A DNA stretch of 64,000 nt from Blastocystis sp. Blastoise (GCA_039096225.1 JBBPEB010000004.1:62001-126000); one strand, 5' to 3'; positions 31,140 to 53,975 are shown, numbered from the stretch's first letter. The notes: generated by a model from the letters alone, not told the origin. Numbers and translations: made by a program.

Positions 31140-32358
31140 ATGGTATGCTATATATTATATATTTTCTGATTAATAATTAGAAAAAATTTCTTGGAACAAT
31201 TTATCATGATGAACAGTTATTTAAAGTCATTTTTAATGCTCTCATCGTTGGATGTGTATCGAGTGTATGCATTCTATATAAAAGTTTATTTTAGAATAAT
31301 CTCTCATTCTATAGATTCTAGTACTTTTAATCGAGGGTTCATTGTTTGTTTTTGATATCTACTCATGGAATCAGATATTTCCTGTTATATTTATTACATT
31401 TTCTATTGTGAATCCAATTGTTGGGTATGAGATTTTTAAAAATAATTTTTTATAGTTGTTTCTATTGTTAATATTATTTATAAATAGATTTGTTGCTGCA
31501 AAGAAGAGAAGCTCAAATATTATGTTTGCCGTATTTTATATTATTATACAATCTTCTTATATCGCTTATTCTTAGTATTGGATTCTGAATATGTTACTTG
31601 TTTTTGTATATGTAAGTTTTTTCATATTATATATATATATATTTATTTTGTTTTGTAAATATATATATAGTTAGGGAATCTTATTTATTCAATTATTCTT
31701 CAAGACCAAATACAAATAGAGTATATATATATTATTTTAATAGTGATAAATTGTTATATATATTATTATAATACTATTTATAATAATTTATTCTATATAT
31801 TATTATAATACTCTTTATAATCATTTATTCTATATATTATAATAATACTCTTTATAATAATTTATTCTATATAATATAATAATACTCTTTATAATCATTT
31901 ATTCTATATATTATTATAATACTATTTAATAATAATTTATTCTATATAATATAATAATACTCTTTATAATCATTTATTCTATATAATAGTATCCGTGACT
32001 GTAAGAAGACAGGAGATCCCTCCGAATGTTCTCTTTTAGAAGAAAAGTTCCTCGTGTTTTTATGTATAAATGTACTATTAGGAATAGTACCCTGTATTCT
32101 TAATGTATATATATATATCTTACTATATTATCTCTTTATATTATATTTATTTATATGTTTTCTAAAGTATATTATGGATCTATTTATTCTCCTTATTTTA
32201 GTTTATATATATATATGTATAGTCTTCTTCTATACTTTTGTTTCTACTTTATTCTATATATATAGTTATTAGGATGTATTTGGGGTCGTGAAGCTCAGAA
32301 GATTAATCTCATCAACGAATATGAAACTCTTAAAGTAACTCTCAATATGAATGTATGC

Positions 32359-32404
<46 letters not shown>

Positions 32405-32442
32405 TTCTCTAGCAACCGTCCTTTGCTCGTTCTCCATATTAA
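31140..32442 (+). CDS. Small four-TM membrane protein (tetraspanin/LAPTM-like topology), largely absent from the ORF track
   Basis: Eight short exons join in frame by GT-AG starting from an ATG-only exon (31140-31142); four hydrophobic segments with a Cys-containing loop (CKKTGDPSEC); TAA 32440-32442. Confidence 0.65.
31760..31985 (+). repeat. Intronic minisatellite with units of about 33 bp
   Basis: Repeated TATTATAATACTCTTTATAATCATTTATTCTATA-like units. Confidence 0.8.
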
Positions 32443-34540
32443 CACAACTTATTATCTTATATATTAGATTATTCTTATATATATACTTCTTTGTTCTTTT
32501 GAATTTATATAAATAGTATACTATGTATGCTTCACTTAGTTCTTTAACTCTTACAATATCCAATTCTATCACTTATTCATATATATAGTTTTATTTTATG
32601 CACTATTCTCAATACTACAAACTATCTTTTTCTTATAACTCTATGATTTTTTTATATTTTCTTTTATTTATCTACTGTTTCTTCATTTTTCTTTTCGCTT
32701 TATTCTTTTCTCATATTCGATATTCATATTTCTATATATGTATATTACTCTATATGTTCTCGTCATTCATTATTCTTAATTATTTGAGTTGTTTTAAATA
32801 ATTATTTTTAGTATCTCTTTTTTATAAAATACACTATTGAATAATATAAAAATTATTTCATATAATTATTATCAATTTTTCAATAAAAAATCAATTATTA
32901 TAGATGTTCTTTTTCATTATCAATAGAAAATAGCGGTATATTACATCTCACATAAATAAAACAAATTTGTTTTAGGTCTTCTTTTGCTATTTTTATGATC
33001 AATAATAATCTCCTTTTACACCATTTAATTCTATTGTTCAATAAATTAACAAAAAAGTAATTATGCATTATTTATAGTATAATAAAATAATAAAATATTA
33101 TTTAACATAATAAAATTCACAATCACTGTCATCAATATGATTTTTATATATTAAATTTATCTTATACTATACTATAAAAGAAAAATGCATCAATGAGACA
33201 AATAATTTCATTGATCTCCTAATCTGATTTAAAGAGAAGCCTTAGTCTCTATTAACGTTCTTTTTATACATTTCTTAATACATTTCAATAAAAACTGAAG
33301 TGAATAAACGTCTATTTAATAAAAAATTAATGTATTTCACATTTCTGATCTCTACTCTGTTTTACTCCATGTAAATAACATAACTCATGGAAGCATCATA
33401 TTAGTTAAAATGTCTATTGAACGCATTATAGTGAGATAAATAAAATAAATAAAACTTCTAATCATTTTTTCCTACAATTATTTAGCTCTTAAATAGTGAC
33501 AAACTGAATTTTTCTTGCCTTCTTGATGTTTATATATTATCGAAACTATTTATATAGATGTATTTTATAGAATTCCATTCGAATCGCTGGCTTTGGTAAA
33601 AATGAAATTATTCATGGTTAAAAGGTATATATGATTTATATAAGTCTATATATAGAATTTCTATAAATATCCTTGAAGAAGGTATGTATGTATATGTTCG
33701 CTGTTAAGTTTAAATTAAATAAAGATGTGTTTAAGGACACCTTATTTTTTCCATTTTTATATCATATGATACTCTTAGGTGTTTAGTGCTGAAAGATTTC
33801 TAAGTTTGACATAGTTTCTCAAATTATGATTGATATTCTGGGTGATGTTTCTTTTTTATGCACAATAAACATTCATTATCAAGAGAGTAATTCTACTTAA
33901 TATGATTTATTATGTTATAATATTAAAATAATATTTTTTCACTAGCAACATTTCCAAGAATTTCTATATATCTTTATATATCGCTTCTATGTCTCTTTCA
34001 GAATATGTTTCTATTAAATTCATTATAAATATTGGATATTTTTCCATGTTTTTCAAACAATCATTTTTGAATTATCTCTTAGAGATTTTTCAATTATAAG
34101 ATATATGTGATTATGGAGATAGGAGTGTGAAATTTATAAAATCTATACACAAGTATTTGTACACAAAGAAAAATATGTAATTAAAGTGAATTTGTTTTTG
34201 ATTTACTGTGCTTTCTTATTCATATCATCTTGGAAACGTTGAATGCTAGATAAGAAAGAAACATAATATTTATTACATAGCAAAACTAAATATCAAAAAT
34301 ATAAATGATTATTGAACCATAAGAAATACAAAAAAAAATGTAAAAAAAAGAGGAATTTATGTTAATAGAATATGACGAATTATTACAAGAACAAAAAAAA
34401 AAAAAGAATCAAATCGTCTAGATTATATATGTAAATATAAAAATGTAAAAAATAAGTCACCTGATAAGAAAAGAAAAAGTATATTATAATTAGTATCGCT
34501 ATTATGTATTATTGTTATTTAAATAATAGAACTATATATG

Positions 34541-34574
<34 letters not shown>

Positions 34575-35830
34575 GAAGAGACGCAAAAAATAAGCAAAAT
34601 AGACAAAGAGAAAGGATATTTTATCAAAATACATATGAATATATATACATATGTATATATATATATTCACTGAAGGAGAGAATGTAAACTTAGCACATAA
34701 TGATAATATGAAATGTGTTAAAATGAGAAATAGTATGGAGTTAATATAAAAGAATAAAATAAAATAGGTATTAATATTTACTAATATATATATATATAAA
34801 GAAAACAATAGAATCAATATAATGTAGTACAAATATAGAAATTAAAAATATATATATATAAATAAAACAAAATTATGTAAATAAAAAATTATAAATGTAT
34901 ATATTAAATATAGATAATAGTATATATAGATCAGGTAACAATAATAGATTAAATAGGATAATAAAAAGAATCTATGTTGTGCCACAGGAAAATAAATGAT
35001 AACAATGAATTTGAATAATTATATGTTTAGGAAAGTGACAGAGATATAAACGTATATATATATTTGACATATAAAAGGGAAGATAACGAAGACAAAAGAA
35101 GCGAGGATATTATTAATTTATCAATATATGTATATATTGTTAACAAGAATGACAATGTATACATATATATATATTCAAAAAATATATATATAAAGTCAGC
35201 AACAACAAAAAATAATGAATATAAAATATCAATATTATATAGTGTATATAGTATTATATTATATAATTAGAAAAAAAGAAATGATATTGAAAGTAGCGGT
35301 CAAATACGATCAGAAAAATAACAAAAAAAAATTGAAAATATTATTAAAAAAAAAAAAAACAAAAACCACATATATATTATAGAGAAGAAAAACATAAAAA
35401 AATATATATAAAAATAGCAATAGTTATATATTAAAAAGTATAAATAAAAAATAATACATACTTATGTAATTTAAATACATATCAATAAATAAAAATAAAT
35501 AAATATATCATTATATATAGAGTAGATATATTTACATAATAAAAAAGTATATATAATACACAGTGATTTATATATATATAAAACTGTTTGTATATAAAGA
35601 AATAATAATAAAATAGAAAGTATTGTTACATAAATAGTATAGAGAATATAAAAGATATTGAAATATATATATATATCAATCTATATATATATTATACAAT
35701 ATAGTACTATATAAGCTTATGAAGACCATTTATATGGTTTCATTTACATATATAAATCTAATAAATATATAAATATATATAGGTATATATATATGTATAT
35801 ATATCTTGTCATTCGCTCGTATTCTCATGA

Positions 35831-38009
<2,179 letters not shown>

Positions 38010-38775
38010 CCGAACCTATGAATATAAATACCTTAGTTTCTCTTACTTTATTATATGTAAATACATTTTTATTCTTCGAAAACATTTTTGTTTTTTAATT
38101 AACCTACAAAAATGATAAAAATCATATAAAAATTTCTTAATCTTACACAAGTGACTCTATACAGATAACATGCTGTTTTTTCATGGAAATATTTTTTTTT
38201 CTGAGATCATATGCACCCACAAGAATACCATGGAAAAATGATAGTATGGTTATTCACGGTTATTTCTAGAAGGTTAACTGAAATTATATAATTTAGATTG
38301 TATGCCTTTTTTGAAGATATTACGCAGTCTATACACAATTGAATTATGTTTTAATAGATGAATAGTGAAATAAGTAGAGAGATTTAATAGTATATAAAAA
38401 TAAAGTTAAATGAAATAACAATTTAATGAAAGTTACGTTATGCACAGTTGATGTTTCGTTTGTTTCGTGTTATCAATTACAAAAATGAAGTCTACACTTG
38501 ACATGGATGCATTATTAATATAAAATAGTTTTGTAAATTTAAAACAATGTAAAACAATAACAAAAAAAAAACTACATGTTGAGTATTATCATCCTAAAAT
38601 AGTTTTTATAGTATTTATTTTATTCATATATTATGTTAGATAAGATGAAGAAGTTATACTAAGTTAGGAAAATAAAAAAAAATAAAAATAAAAAACAAAT
38701 TCTAATGAATATAGCCAACCATGAAAAAATAGAGTTAATTACAATATAATAAACATATGTACATATTTAAAAAAA

Positions 38776-40816
38776 TTATATGTTTTGTAATTTTGAAGAA
38801 TAATTATTAATTTTTGTTGCTAAAACATCAATTGTATTGTTTACTTCAGTTAATGAATTGTAAACAGCTTCAGCCACTTTATCAGTAGTTTCTAAAGGTT
38901 TATAAATAAATGTTTTTGTTTCCTGATCAATAACTCCTTCAAGTTTTTTATCTAATATCATTTGAGACAACTTGGATTCAACCTAAAAGATAATAGAATA
39001 AATATTATAATATTGATTATTATATTATAATATTGATTATTATATTATAATAATTAAATAAAATAATATACTAAAAATAAAAGAATATAATAAATCAATT
39101 TAATAATATAATAAATCAATATATACTTCTTGATCTGTGAGTTGCATAGCATTGGAGATATAATTAATATATACAATAGAGAATGGTTTAATAATCTTAT
39201 GTATAACTTGTTCGCAAATATCTTCTTGAATGTGTTGAATATGATAGTGAAACACAGGATCTGTTTCAATAGAACTATTGTAAAACAGTTAAAGATAAAT
39301 ATATAGATATATATATATATAATTTAATGAGAAATAAATGAATACAAAAAATATATGAATTGAGGCATAAAAATATGTATATATAATAATAAACTTTAAA
39401 TAATAAGAATATATAGAAATATAATATATATAAATAGATAGAAAAAGATATAGTTTGAATAAGGTGTTCAATTCCTTTCAGATCTTTTTTCTTCATCATA
39501 TTATATATAGTCTTTAATAAGACAATTCCATCATTATAATTATCAATAATCATTTTATGCTGAAGTAATGCAGTAATCTCATTCTCCTATATATATAAAT
39601 ATATATAATGAATACGGTTAATATAGATACATATAACACAATATATATATATATATATATACCTTTTTGGATAATATTTTCATAAGAAGCATATAGTTGA
39701 CGACCTCTTTAATATGATCGGTATTCTTAATAGATTTATATCCATCATAAGCTTCTAATAAATAGGCATATGCATTGTAATAATCATTCTGATAACTAGC
39801 AACAATACCCGATAATAGATCAATACTACACTGAGTAAGAGGTTCTATATATACATTAGAGAGAAGCATCTTGGCTTGAGTTAAACAGGACTATAGAGAA
39901 GTATAAGTATAATCATAATAAATATATAATAATAAATATATACATATAATAATAAATATAAACATATAATAATTAATATAAATATATAATAATAAATATA
40001 AACATAAAATAATAAATATAAACATATAATAATAAATATAAACATATAACAATTAATATAAACATATACTTTAGCTTTAGTATAATCTAATAAATCATGG
40101 AAGATATTTGCTTGAAGTAAATAGCAGTCAATTAATAAGGCTTTATCATCTATTTGTGTTAAACACTTTATTAAATATAATAAAATATCCATAGAAGAAC
40201 TATATTGTTTGTTTTCATATAAGACGGTAGCATATTTACATTGTAATTTATATCCCAAGAACGTTCTTTTTCCCTCCTCACACCAACGAATACAATCCTT
40301 ACAAATCTCTATCTTTATATCATAATAACCTTTTATTGATAATGCATTCTCCACTAATATTTTGACTATATAATATAGATAGTAACAATCAATATATTTT
40401 ATTTAATCAGTAAAAAATAAATTAATGCATCATATACATAATTTCAAAAAAAAAAATTTAACGAATATAAAAATAAATTAAAAAAGAAAATAAAATACCT
40501 ATTTTTGCAGACTTAGCTTTGGCTATTTTTTCAAAAAAAGGTCTAGCAGAAAATAATAAATTCTTTATCGATGTTATATCATTCAAAGTAACAAATATAT
40601 TGCCTAATGCAATTGTAGCATCTTCTTTCATCGAATCTACGTCATCATTAGAAATAGTTGAATTTATTACATCTGTATATAACAAAACAGCTTCCTTAGG
40701 ATTCTCTACTTGAATAAATTGAGCACGATTAAACTTGGTTTCTAGTTCTATTAAGTCCGAATTTTCTAAATATATAAAAATCTATTATATTATATTAAAC
40801 AAATACCAATTTCCAT
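38776..40816 (-). CDS. RPN6: 26S proteasome lid subunit Rpn6/PSMD11
   Basis: RPFFEKIAKAKSAKIV, CIRWCEEGKRTFL, DDKALL, IKPFS, LSQMILDKKLEGVIDQ (PCI domain); contains one AT-AC intron. Confidence 0.92.
39280..39451 (-). other. U12-type AT-AC intron (172 nt) in RPN6
   Basis: 5' ATATCTTT, branch point TCTTTAAC (39295-39288), 3' AC; removal gives in-frame HLIQT|NSSIETDP; no GT donor at this exon end. Confidence 0.8.
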
Positions 40817-41112
40817 CTTATTTATTCTTATCTATACCAATTATTCTTTTTTAAACTTTATTAGAAAAAGTCTTCTTTTTTTCCAAAACCATACCGAGTT
40901 TCTTCATGGGAAAACTGAAGTGTCTGAAATCTACTGAATAATTGAGAATATTCTGTTTTTCCCTTATTATTTCGATTTTAATCGTGAAAATAACTTGAGT
41001 TTTTTAATCCATCCCCTTACTAATTCATATTCGGAACCTCTCAAATCATTTCATGAAGCCAAAATTCCTTTCATTGATTTCATTTCTTTTTTTATTCTCT
41101 CTCTTTCTTCAG

Positions 41113-41757
41113 ATGGCTGTATTTATAAATATCCCCTATTGTTCTTATGATCTTAGATTACTCTTACTCCTAAAAAGGTTCTTTTAACATTTGGTGGTAT
41201 TTTTGTTTTGATGGCATGTTTTTTACTTGCCTATTCTCAAAGTGCTTCAAAAGAAGTATCACCCTATAATGGTTTACGTGCAACTGTCACTGAAGCACCT
41301 AAAAACTATATGTCTGTTCCTGTTACAGAAAAATTTCAAAGAATGGCTGAATTCCATAAAACAGCCATTGAATCCTCTACGCATACTACCTGGAATGAGT
41401 TTACTGTCGTGGAAGCCATGGAGAAGAATGTATGCTTTTTTTTTTATTATTGCTATTATTTTTTCATTCTATTTTATCCTATTCTTCTTACATAGAGTGA
41501 ACCTAAAATCTATTATTTAAAAATACATGTCGGTAACGATCGCTGCATTTTTGTTTCATTGTATATATCCATTTATATGATTTATTAATAGGAATACTCA
41601 TTATTTTTATTCATTAATAATAAGTTAATTATTTTCTATACATATATATAGTGTTAAGCATTCTTATGACTCCTTCATTCGTTTACAATATATTCAATTA
41701 TATAAAGATATTCATGACGTTTTAACTCCTATTTCATCAACTACTATGAATTTATAA
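41113..41757 (+). CDS. Stefin/cystatin-like protein with N-terminal signal or anchor
   Basis: FTVVEAMEKNSEPKIYYLKIHVGNDRCIFVSF...LQYIQLYKDIHDVLT aligns to the stefin pattern (YFIKVHVG...KAKHDELT); first exon is ATG GCT. Confidence 0.6.
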
Positions 41758-43451
41758 GGCTTGTAAATAATTGCGTATAGAATTATATATATATATATAT
41801 ATATATATTATTTTTGTTTTAATTTTATTTTTGTTTTAATTTAATTTTTTTTTATTTATTTTTCTTTGAATCATTTTTTTTATACTCATTGCTTTCAATA
41901 TACTTTTTTCTTTTTATTCATTTATACATTTAATTGATTTTTAATCTAGTTTTTTCTTTCAATACATAGATTTCTATAGTATATTCTATTAATATATATA
42001 TATTTTTTTATTTAAATTTTTTTTATTTAAATTTTTAAAGTTCCTTAACAGTATATTCGTTTTTTTTTTACTTTGTTTATACTATTGTATACAGATATAG
42101 ATACATTATCTCACACTGTATTTATTTCATTGTTCTCTTCTTTTTTTTTTATTGTTTAATATATATATATATATTGTATATATAATATAAATATAATTTC
42201 TTTTTTTTTCATAAATTATTTTTGTTTTCACTGTTAACTAGTTTGAATAGTGTTTTTTTATTTTTAAATATTTTTAATAAATACTTCTTGATTGTATTAT
42301 AAAAATATACATTATTCAGTTGGTGTTTTCTTGATCTATTTTTTTTTATTTCTAATTTCTTATTTAAAAATTCCATTATTACAATTGATTACGAATTGTA
42401 CTTCTTACATATATATATATAAATGTAACATTATTTTCTTTTTTTTAATTTTGTTATGAATAATTCGTTTGGCTTTAAAGAATTGGTTTTTTATTCAAAT
42501 GCTTATAACATATCCTATCTTCTATTATAATCATAGAAGTATCATAATAATGATTCAACTATTTTTAATAAAAATAAGTTTCAAAACAAAAAATAGCATT
42601 TTTTATTGATAACAGAGTAAGAAAAATATAAGTTAATAAATATTATAGAAAAACTTGTAAGATACTAAGAGATCTATATATTTTCATATATCATGGGATT
42701 TAGAACAAAACAGAGATATTTATATGAATATAATACACAAATAAGGAAGAAATAATTCAATTATATATACTTATATCAACTGAAAAATACACAACTTGAA
42801 TAAGAAACAAATATTAATAAATAAATATAATAAATAATCAAATTATTTATGATACTACAATATATATGAATAAAATAAACTTTAAAATTCATTATATAAA
42901 GAAAATAAGTAATTATATTATATATATATAATATTAGACAAAAAAAAAATGATTATGTATATTTATAAATATATTTGATATCTATCTATATGAATAAAAA
43001 AAAGATAAGTTATACAATACATTAAAAAAAAATAAAGAGATAATTATAAATATGATATGAATATATAAATCTAAAACACTAATAAGTGAAATAATGTGAA
43101 GAAAATAACACGAAAGAGACCGAAAGCATAGAACATGAACAAAAACAAGATTATTTTATCTCTATATATACTATTTATAAAGATAAAAGACAAGACACTT
43201 TTTATTTAATTTTTATTTTGAAAATGGAAATACAGTGGTTACAATAAACAAATATATATATATATATGTATATAAAGATGTTTGTTGATTGATACAAGCA
43301 TCAATAAAAATAAAATGAATAATCATGAATAATAGAAATAATTGAAGAAAATATATAGTTTATATAATATAAAAACAACAAGAATGATAAGAAAAAAAGT
43401 AATTCGATAAGAAAATAAATAATGTTATAATAATATTATAAATATATATAA

Positions 43452-48375
<4,924 letters not shown>

Positions 48376-49102
48376 GGGTTAATAAATCGAAAAAAATATA
48401 GAGAAAAAAAAACAAACAAATGAAAAAATAACATGAAATGAAAATTGAAATAGTGTGGAGTTCTCGTTATTCTTCGGTAACCGCGATTATCTGATAATTC
48501 CCTCAATGTTTTGCATTTTTTTGCTATAACGAAAAAGAAGATGAACATATTATCCAATCAAAAGTGTCCTTTTGGATTTCATTCGTTTTTCTTAACCATA
48601 ACGAGTCCTTGAAGAAATGCCAGCAAAACGAAATTTCTGGAGATTACTCATATTTGTAAAGAAATGGAAAAACATTGCAAAAAGAAATTCCTCAACAGTT
48701 CATTTTGTTTGAAATACTGTTTGTTTTTAATGATTTCAATAAAAAGGTTGTGTATATGATTTTCATGTTGTTGAGTCGTCCCATAAAAACGAGAAGAAAC
48801 AAAAATTCATTAGAATAATGACATCCTATAGTTCATTAGGTTGTTGTTGGAATGAATATTTACTTATAAAGGTTGAATATACGATATATAGAATCTTTGA
48901 GTATATATGATTCGGATCTTATTCATATAAAATATGGATTTCATGACCATTTTAATTTTGAATAAACAAAGCACGTTAATATATAAATTATAAAGAAATC
49001 AAAAGAGCGATACGAGACCATATAGATAAATCATTTATTAAAAATATAAGTTAAATAATAAATAAATCATAAATAAGATATATATATTTGATAAGAAAGA
49101 AA

Positions 49103-50664
49103 TTATTCATTTAATTTTTCAGTATTAAAGATAGAATTATTTGAATTATTAATTAATTGAATACTATGATTAAGTTCCCACATCCATCGATTTCTTTGTC
49201 CTTGAGTATTACAAGCAAAAACATAATCTCTAGAAATAGTTCTTAATATAAAAAAATAATTATGTTTTGATCCTTCTGATTCTTCTTCTCCATTATGACC
49301 AGGTTGATTCTTATAATTTAATACCATCTTACTAATATTAATTGAACTAATACCTTCACGTTTCTTATCTTCTTCTTCTTCAGGTAAAACAATAGAACAA
49401 CCTTCTAATAATAAACTACATATATAATTTATTATTTATAATATTATAATAATGATAATAATATAATAATAAATATAACAATGATAATTAATATAATAAT
49501 AAATATAATAATAAATATAACAATGATAATAAAAACAAATATAAATATAATAATAACAATAAAAATAATAATAATAGTAACATTAAAAAAAAACAATAAA
49601 TATAATTATATATACCCATTTTGAGGTTGAGAGTCTGTTTCAGATTTAAAATAATAAAATAATCCATCAGGTAATAAAACAAAATAATAATGATGCCAAG
49701 TATTTTTAGAATTTGTTTTCTTCCATAAATATCCATGAACAATACTATCTTGTAATTGATTTGCAGGTAAATTTAAGTTCTGACCGAATTGTTCTAAGAT
49801 TCTCTTTGAAACTAGTTGTCTAGGTTCATCTGATAAAGAACAATTATCTAATTGAGCACATTCACTAAACCATTGTTCAGTAGTCTTTCCATCATCACCA
49901 CCAAACATCGTAGGAACAATCGATCGATCTATGCAATCAGGAATAGCATGACCACTATCAAACCACATCAAAGAACTCCAACGTTTAGGACAAAATATAG
50001 AACAAATAGCCCATAATGCTCGAAGATATAAAGGTGTATTATGAGTAATACAAACAGCAGCATTGATACCTTCTTCAAGTGTAAAGTTTGGATCATCAGA
50101 AATGAAGATGTTATTTGTTGACATAAAACAAGGATAATATTTTGTAAAAATTTCAATAGAGTATTTCTGAGTTTCAGCATCTAATGAAGTATAACTAAAT
50201 TTACCAATATCACAGAAAAATACACAAAAATCTTTTATAGGTTCCTTTTTACCTGTTTTTTGAGATGCTTCATAGCAAACACGATGAATATCATCCATCA
50301 TGTAGAAAATAATAGGAATGAATTGTTCTACCGGAGGAATACCATCAGGGAAACTCATTTGACAACATAAGACGGCTCTTCCTTTATTATCGACACCACA
50401 AGGATAACAGAACCAATCCTTACATAATCTATAAACATCAGATATCTTATACTCGTCAGCATGCCAAGCTTTTCGAAATAGAGCACATTGTTTGATGATA
50501 TTTATTGTCTTAACGGTATCCATTTCATTATCGACAAGAAATCTCAAAATGTGAGTCATACGATCACCGTATTTAAAGAATTTCAAATTTTCAGGAATTG
50601 CACGATCCACTTTCTGAGCCAAATCTAACGCTTCAGCGTATGTATATACTTTTAATCCAACCAT
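49103..50664 (-). CDS. CRAL-TRIO (Sec14-like) plus PH domain protein
   Basis: ILRFL, GVDNKGRAV, KYYP, NTPLY, SIVPTMFGG (Sec14-like); VHGYLWKK...WHHYYFVL...RDYVFAC...RNRWMWEL (PH); single intron. Confidence 0.8.
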
Positions 50665-51586
50665 TAACTAATATTTTTTCCTTAAGTATATCTAATACTA
50701 TATAGTTATTTAGAATAAAATAATTTTTGGAAGAAAAGTGACTAGATAAATTATATGATTTGAGTACACACACATGAAATAGCAAGTTTGTTGTTCTTTT
50801 CAAAAAACTGACTCTCTTTTATTAATTATTCACGGTTATTCCCATCCTTTCAAAGCTATTCTTTTATCATTTTCGTACTTACATACCTTTTTCTGGAAGG
50901 TAAATCACAAGTAGTTAAATGAATATTAATTGAATAATGAACTGTAACATATGATGACCCTTTTGTCAATTATTCTATCACAAGTAAATAACGAATCTCA
51001 TTTTTAGAATATATAAAAATTTGATAAGAAGTATTCTATTTAAAAAATCACTTGCTCTTCAAATATTAAAAAAAAAAGCACAGAAATTAGGTTCATCTCA
51101 ATAAATTGTAGATAAAGTATGGGATAATACGATGAATATCACAGGAGAGAACTGTTTTCGGTTGAATCATTGAAATGATCGAGAAATTAGTTCATAACTT
51201 CGCTTTCAGAATTTATGTATGATTTATAGACTCTTGAGTGTTATGTATTATTGCAAAAACTAATAACTTCAGAGAATGGTGGCATAATTAAGCTAATTCA
51301 GTATATATATAGCTGCATAACACAATGTAGAATATATTACTTATCAAATTGAATATTAAATAAAGAATTTTATGTGAGATTCATAACAAATTTATAACAG
51401 AATATAAGAAAAATGATGAATTCAAAAAAAATATGAGAAACCACTAAATTTCTTTGAAGACCGGTTCTATTCTCGTGATTTTCTGATTAATCTAGTTTAC
51501 TACCAGAGTCATTTAAATTTTACCAACTAGTTTGATTTCTTGTATTGTATTAACTAGAAGATTCGTCTATTCGTTACACAAGAAGA

Positions 51587-53808
51587 ATGTCAGCCAACGA
51601 TACCTTTTATTTCATACGTCATATGACCGAAATTGGTCAGGTAACTATCGTAGAACATAATGATAAGATAAGTAATGTGTATTTACCTAATGAGGCATTT
51701 CCTGAAGGTTTTGTAGAGAAGAAAACTGAAGTTTTGAAGAAAGCATCGCAACAACTAGATCGATATTTAAAAGGATCTTTGAAAAGATTCACCGTTGAAT
51801 TGGATCCGCAAGGAACTGATGTTGCTAAGAGTATATATAAAGAGATTTCTAGAATTCCTTATGGTCGTTCAAAAACATATAAAGAAGTGGCTACTCTTAT
51901 TGGGAAGCCTGGTGCTGCATCCTCTGTATGTTCTGCGGTACATAATAATCCTATTCCTATATTGATTCCTTGTCATCGTGTTACAGATTCTAATGGATTA
52001 GTTACAGATTGGAGAAATAGTCAAGATATTTATCGAATTATATGTGATAAAGAGCACAATAAACTATTGGAAGATTCTGAAAAGAGTCGTTTAAAGAAAG
52101 AAGAAAAACTTCAAAAAATCAATAGTTCAAAGAATATAGTTGTTGATGATACTAAATCAGAACAATATTCTATAACATCTGATTCATCAAATACAGTAAA
52201 ACAACAAAATATATCAAATCCATTAAATCAACAAAATATATCCAATATATTAAAACAACAAGATTCAAAGAATTCTTCTCCTTATGTTACGACTACAACA
52301 ACTACTACAACTACCTATACATCAGATACATCTATTCATCCATCTCAAACACCTATATTTGAACATCCTAAGACAGAAAAGAAAATACAAATATCTCCTC
52401 AACCTATTCCTGTAGTTCCTTCAGCTACTGTACCATTTACTCCTGTATCTTCATTTTATCCTCCTAATACTATATCTCCAGTTAATTATACTAATACACC
52501 TATAAATGGTATGCTTCCTGTAGCTCAAGCTTATCCCATAGTTTCTACTCTGAATACAAATAGTATTCCTTTAGGAGTACCTCTTATGAATCCTTCTATT
52601 ACTACTCCTATGACTACAACAACTCCTGTAGAGAATTCTATTCATACATCTACTACAACTACTTCTATTAACACGACAACTACATCTGTTCCTACTTCAT
52701 CATTATCTCAAAATATACAACAAACTATTCAGAATTCAAATACACCTCTTTCTACAAATACAAATGATATAGTATTAAATAAAGATATTTCAAAAGAAGA
52801 TACTATAAAAATAGATACAACTAAAAAAGATATTTCTATGACTCCTACTAATAAAGATGTAAGCCAAGTTGGATCAAATACAATTATTCATAAAACAACA
52901 TCTAAGAAAAATAAAGTATCTACTAGTCCTACAATTCTTGCTTGTAAGAATACAGAAAAAGTATTTAATACTATTGAAGAGAAAAAAAGATATTTAAGAG
53001 CAAGAAGACAATATTCTGCACAATATAAAATATTTCCATATGTTCATAAAACTCTTCTTAGTGTATTTGTTCGTTGTAAGAAATCTGTTAAAGAAGACAT
53101 TGAAGCTGTTGATCCTGTGTTATATCAATATATGAATTCTGTAGGTAATCTTTCAGTTCCTATTAATACAGATGTATTTTCTTTTATAGTGGAACAAATT
53201 ATTAGTCAAAGTAAATCTTTTGAAGATGCTAATAAGATTATTCGAGATGTATATGAATTACATATGGAAATTACACCTCAAATTATTAGAACTGCTTCTA
53301 TTCGATCTCTTCGAGAAGTAGGTATTTCTCATAAGAAAGTAGAAGTTATTAAGAAATTGGCTAATGAATTATGTCAAGTGAATATGACTTTTGATTTTAT
53401 TAATTCTTTACCTACAGAGAAAGTCATTGAAACTTTAAAGAATCAACTTGGATATACTGAAGAAATGGGTCAATTATTTTGTCTTTTCTGTTTAAATAAG
53501 CCAGATATTATATGTTCGGAAAATGAATTATTTAGAAAAGGATATAAAATTATTCATCATATGGATATCCTTACTAAACAAAGAGTTGCAAAGATTAAAG
53601 AACTTTATGATGATTGTGCTAATATCGTGTCTATTTATTGTATTTATGCAGGTCATATGAGTGAATTAGAAATATTAAAAAGATCTAAAGAACAACAAGA
53701 AGCTCTTTCTAAAGAAATAACCCATCAAAATCTTTCTCTCTCTTTATCACCTTCTATTTCCTCTTCTTCAATAACTAGTAATAATAATAATAAAGATAAT
53801 AATATCTC

Positions 53809-53881
<73 letters not shown>

Positions 53882-53887
53882 AATAAC

Positions 53888-53975
<88 letters not shown>

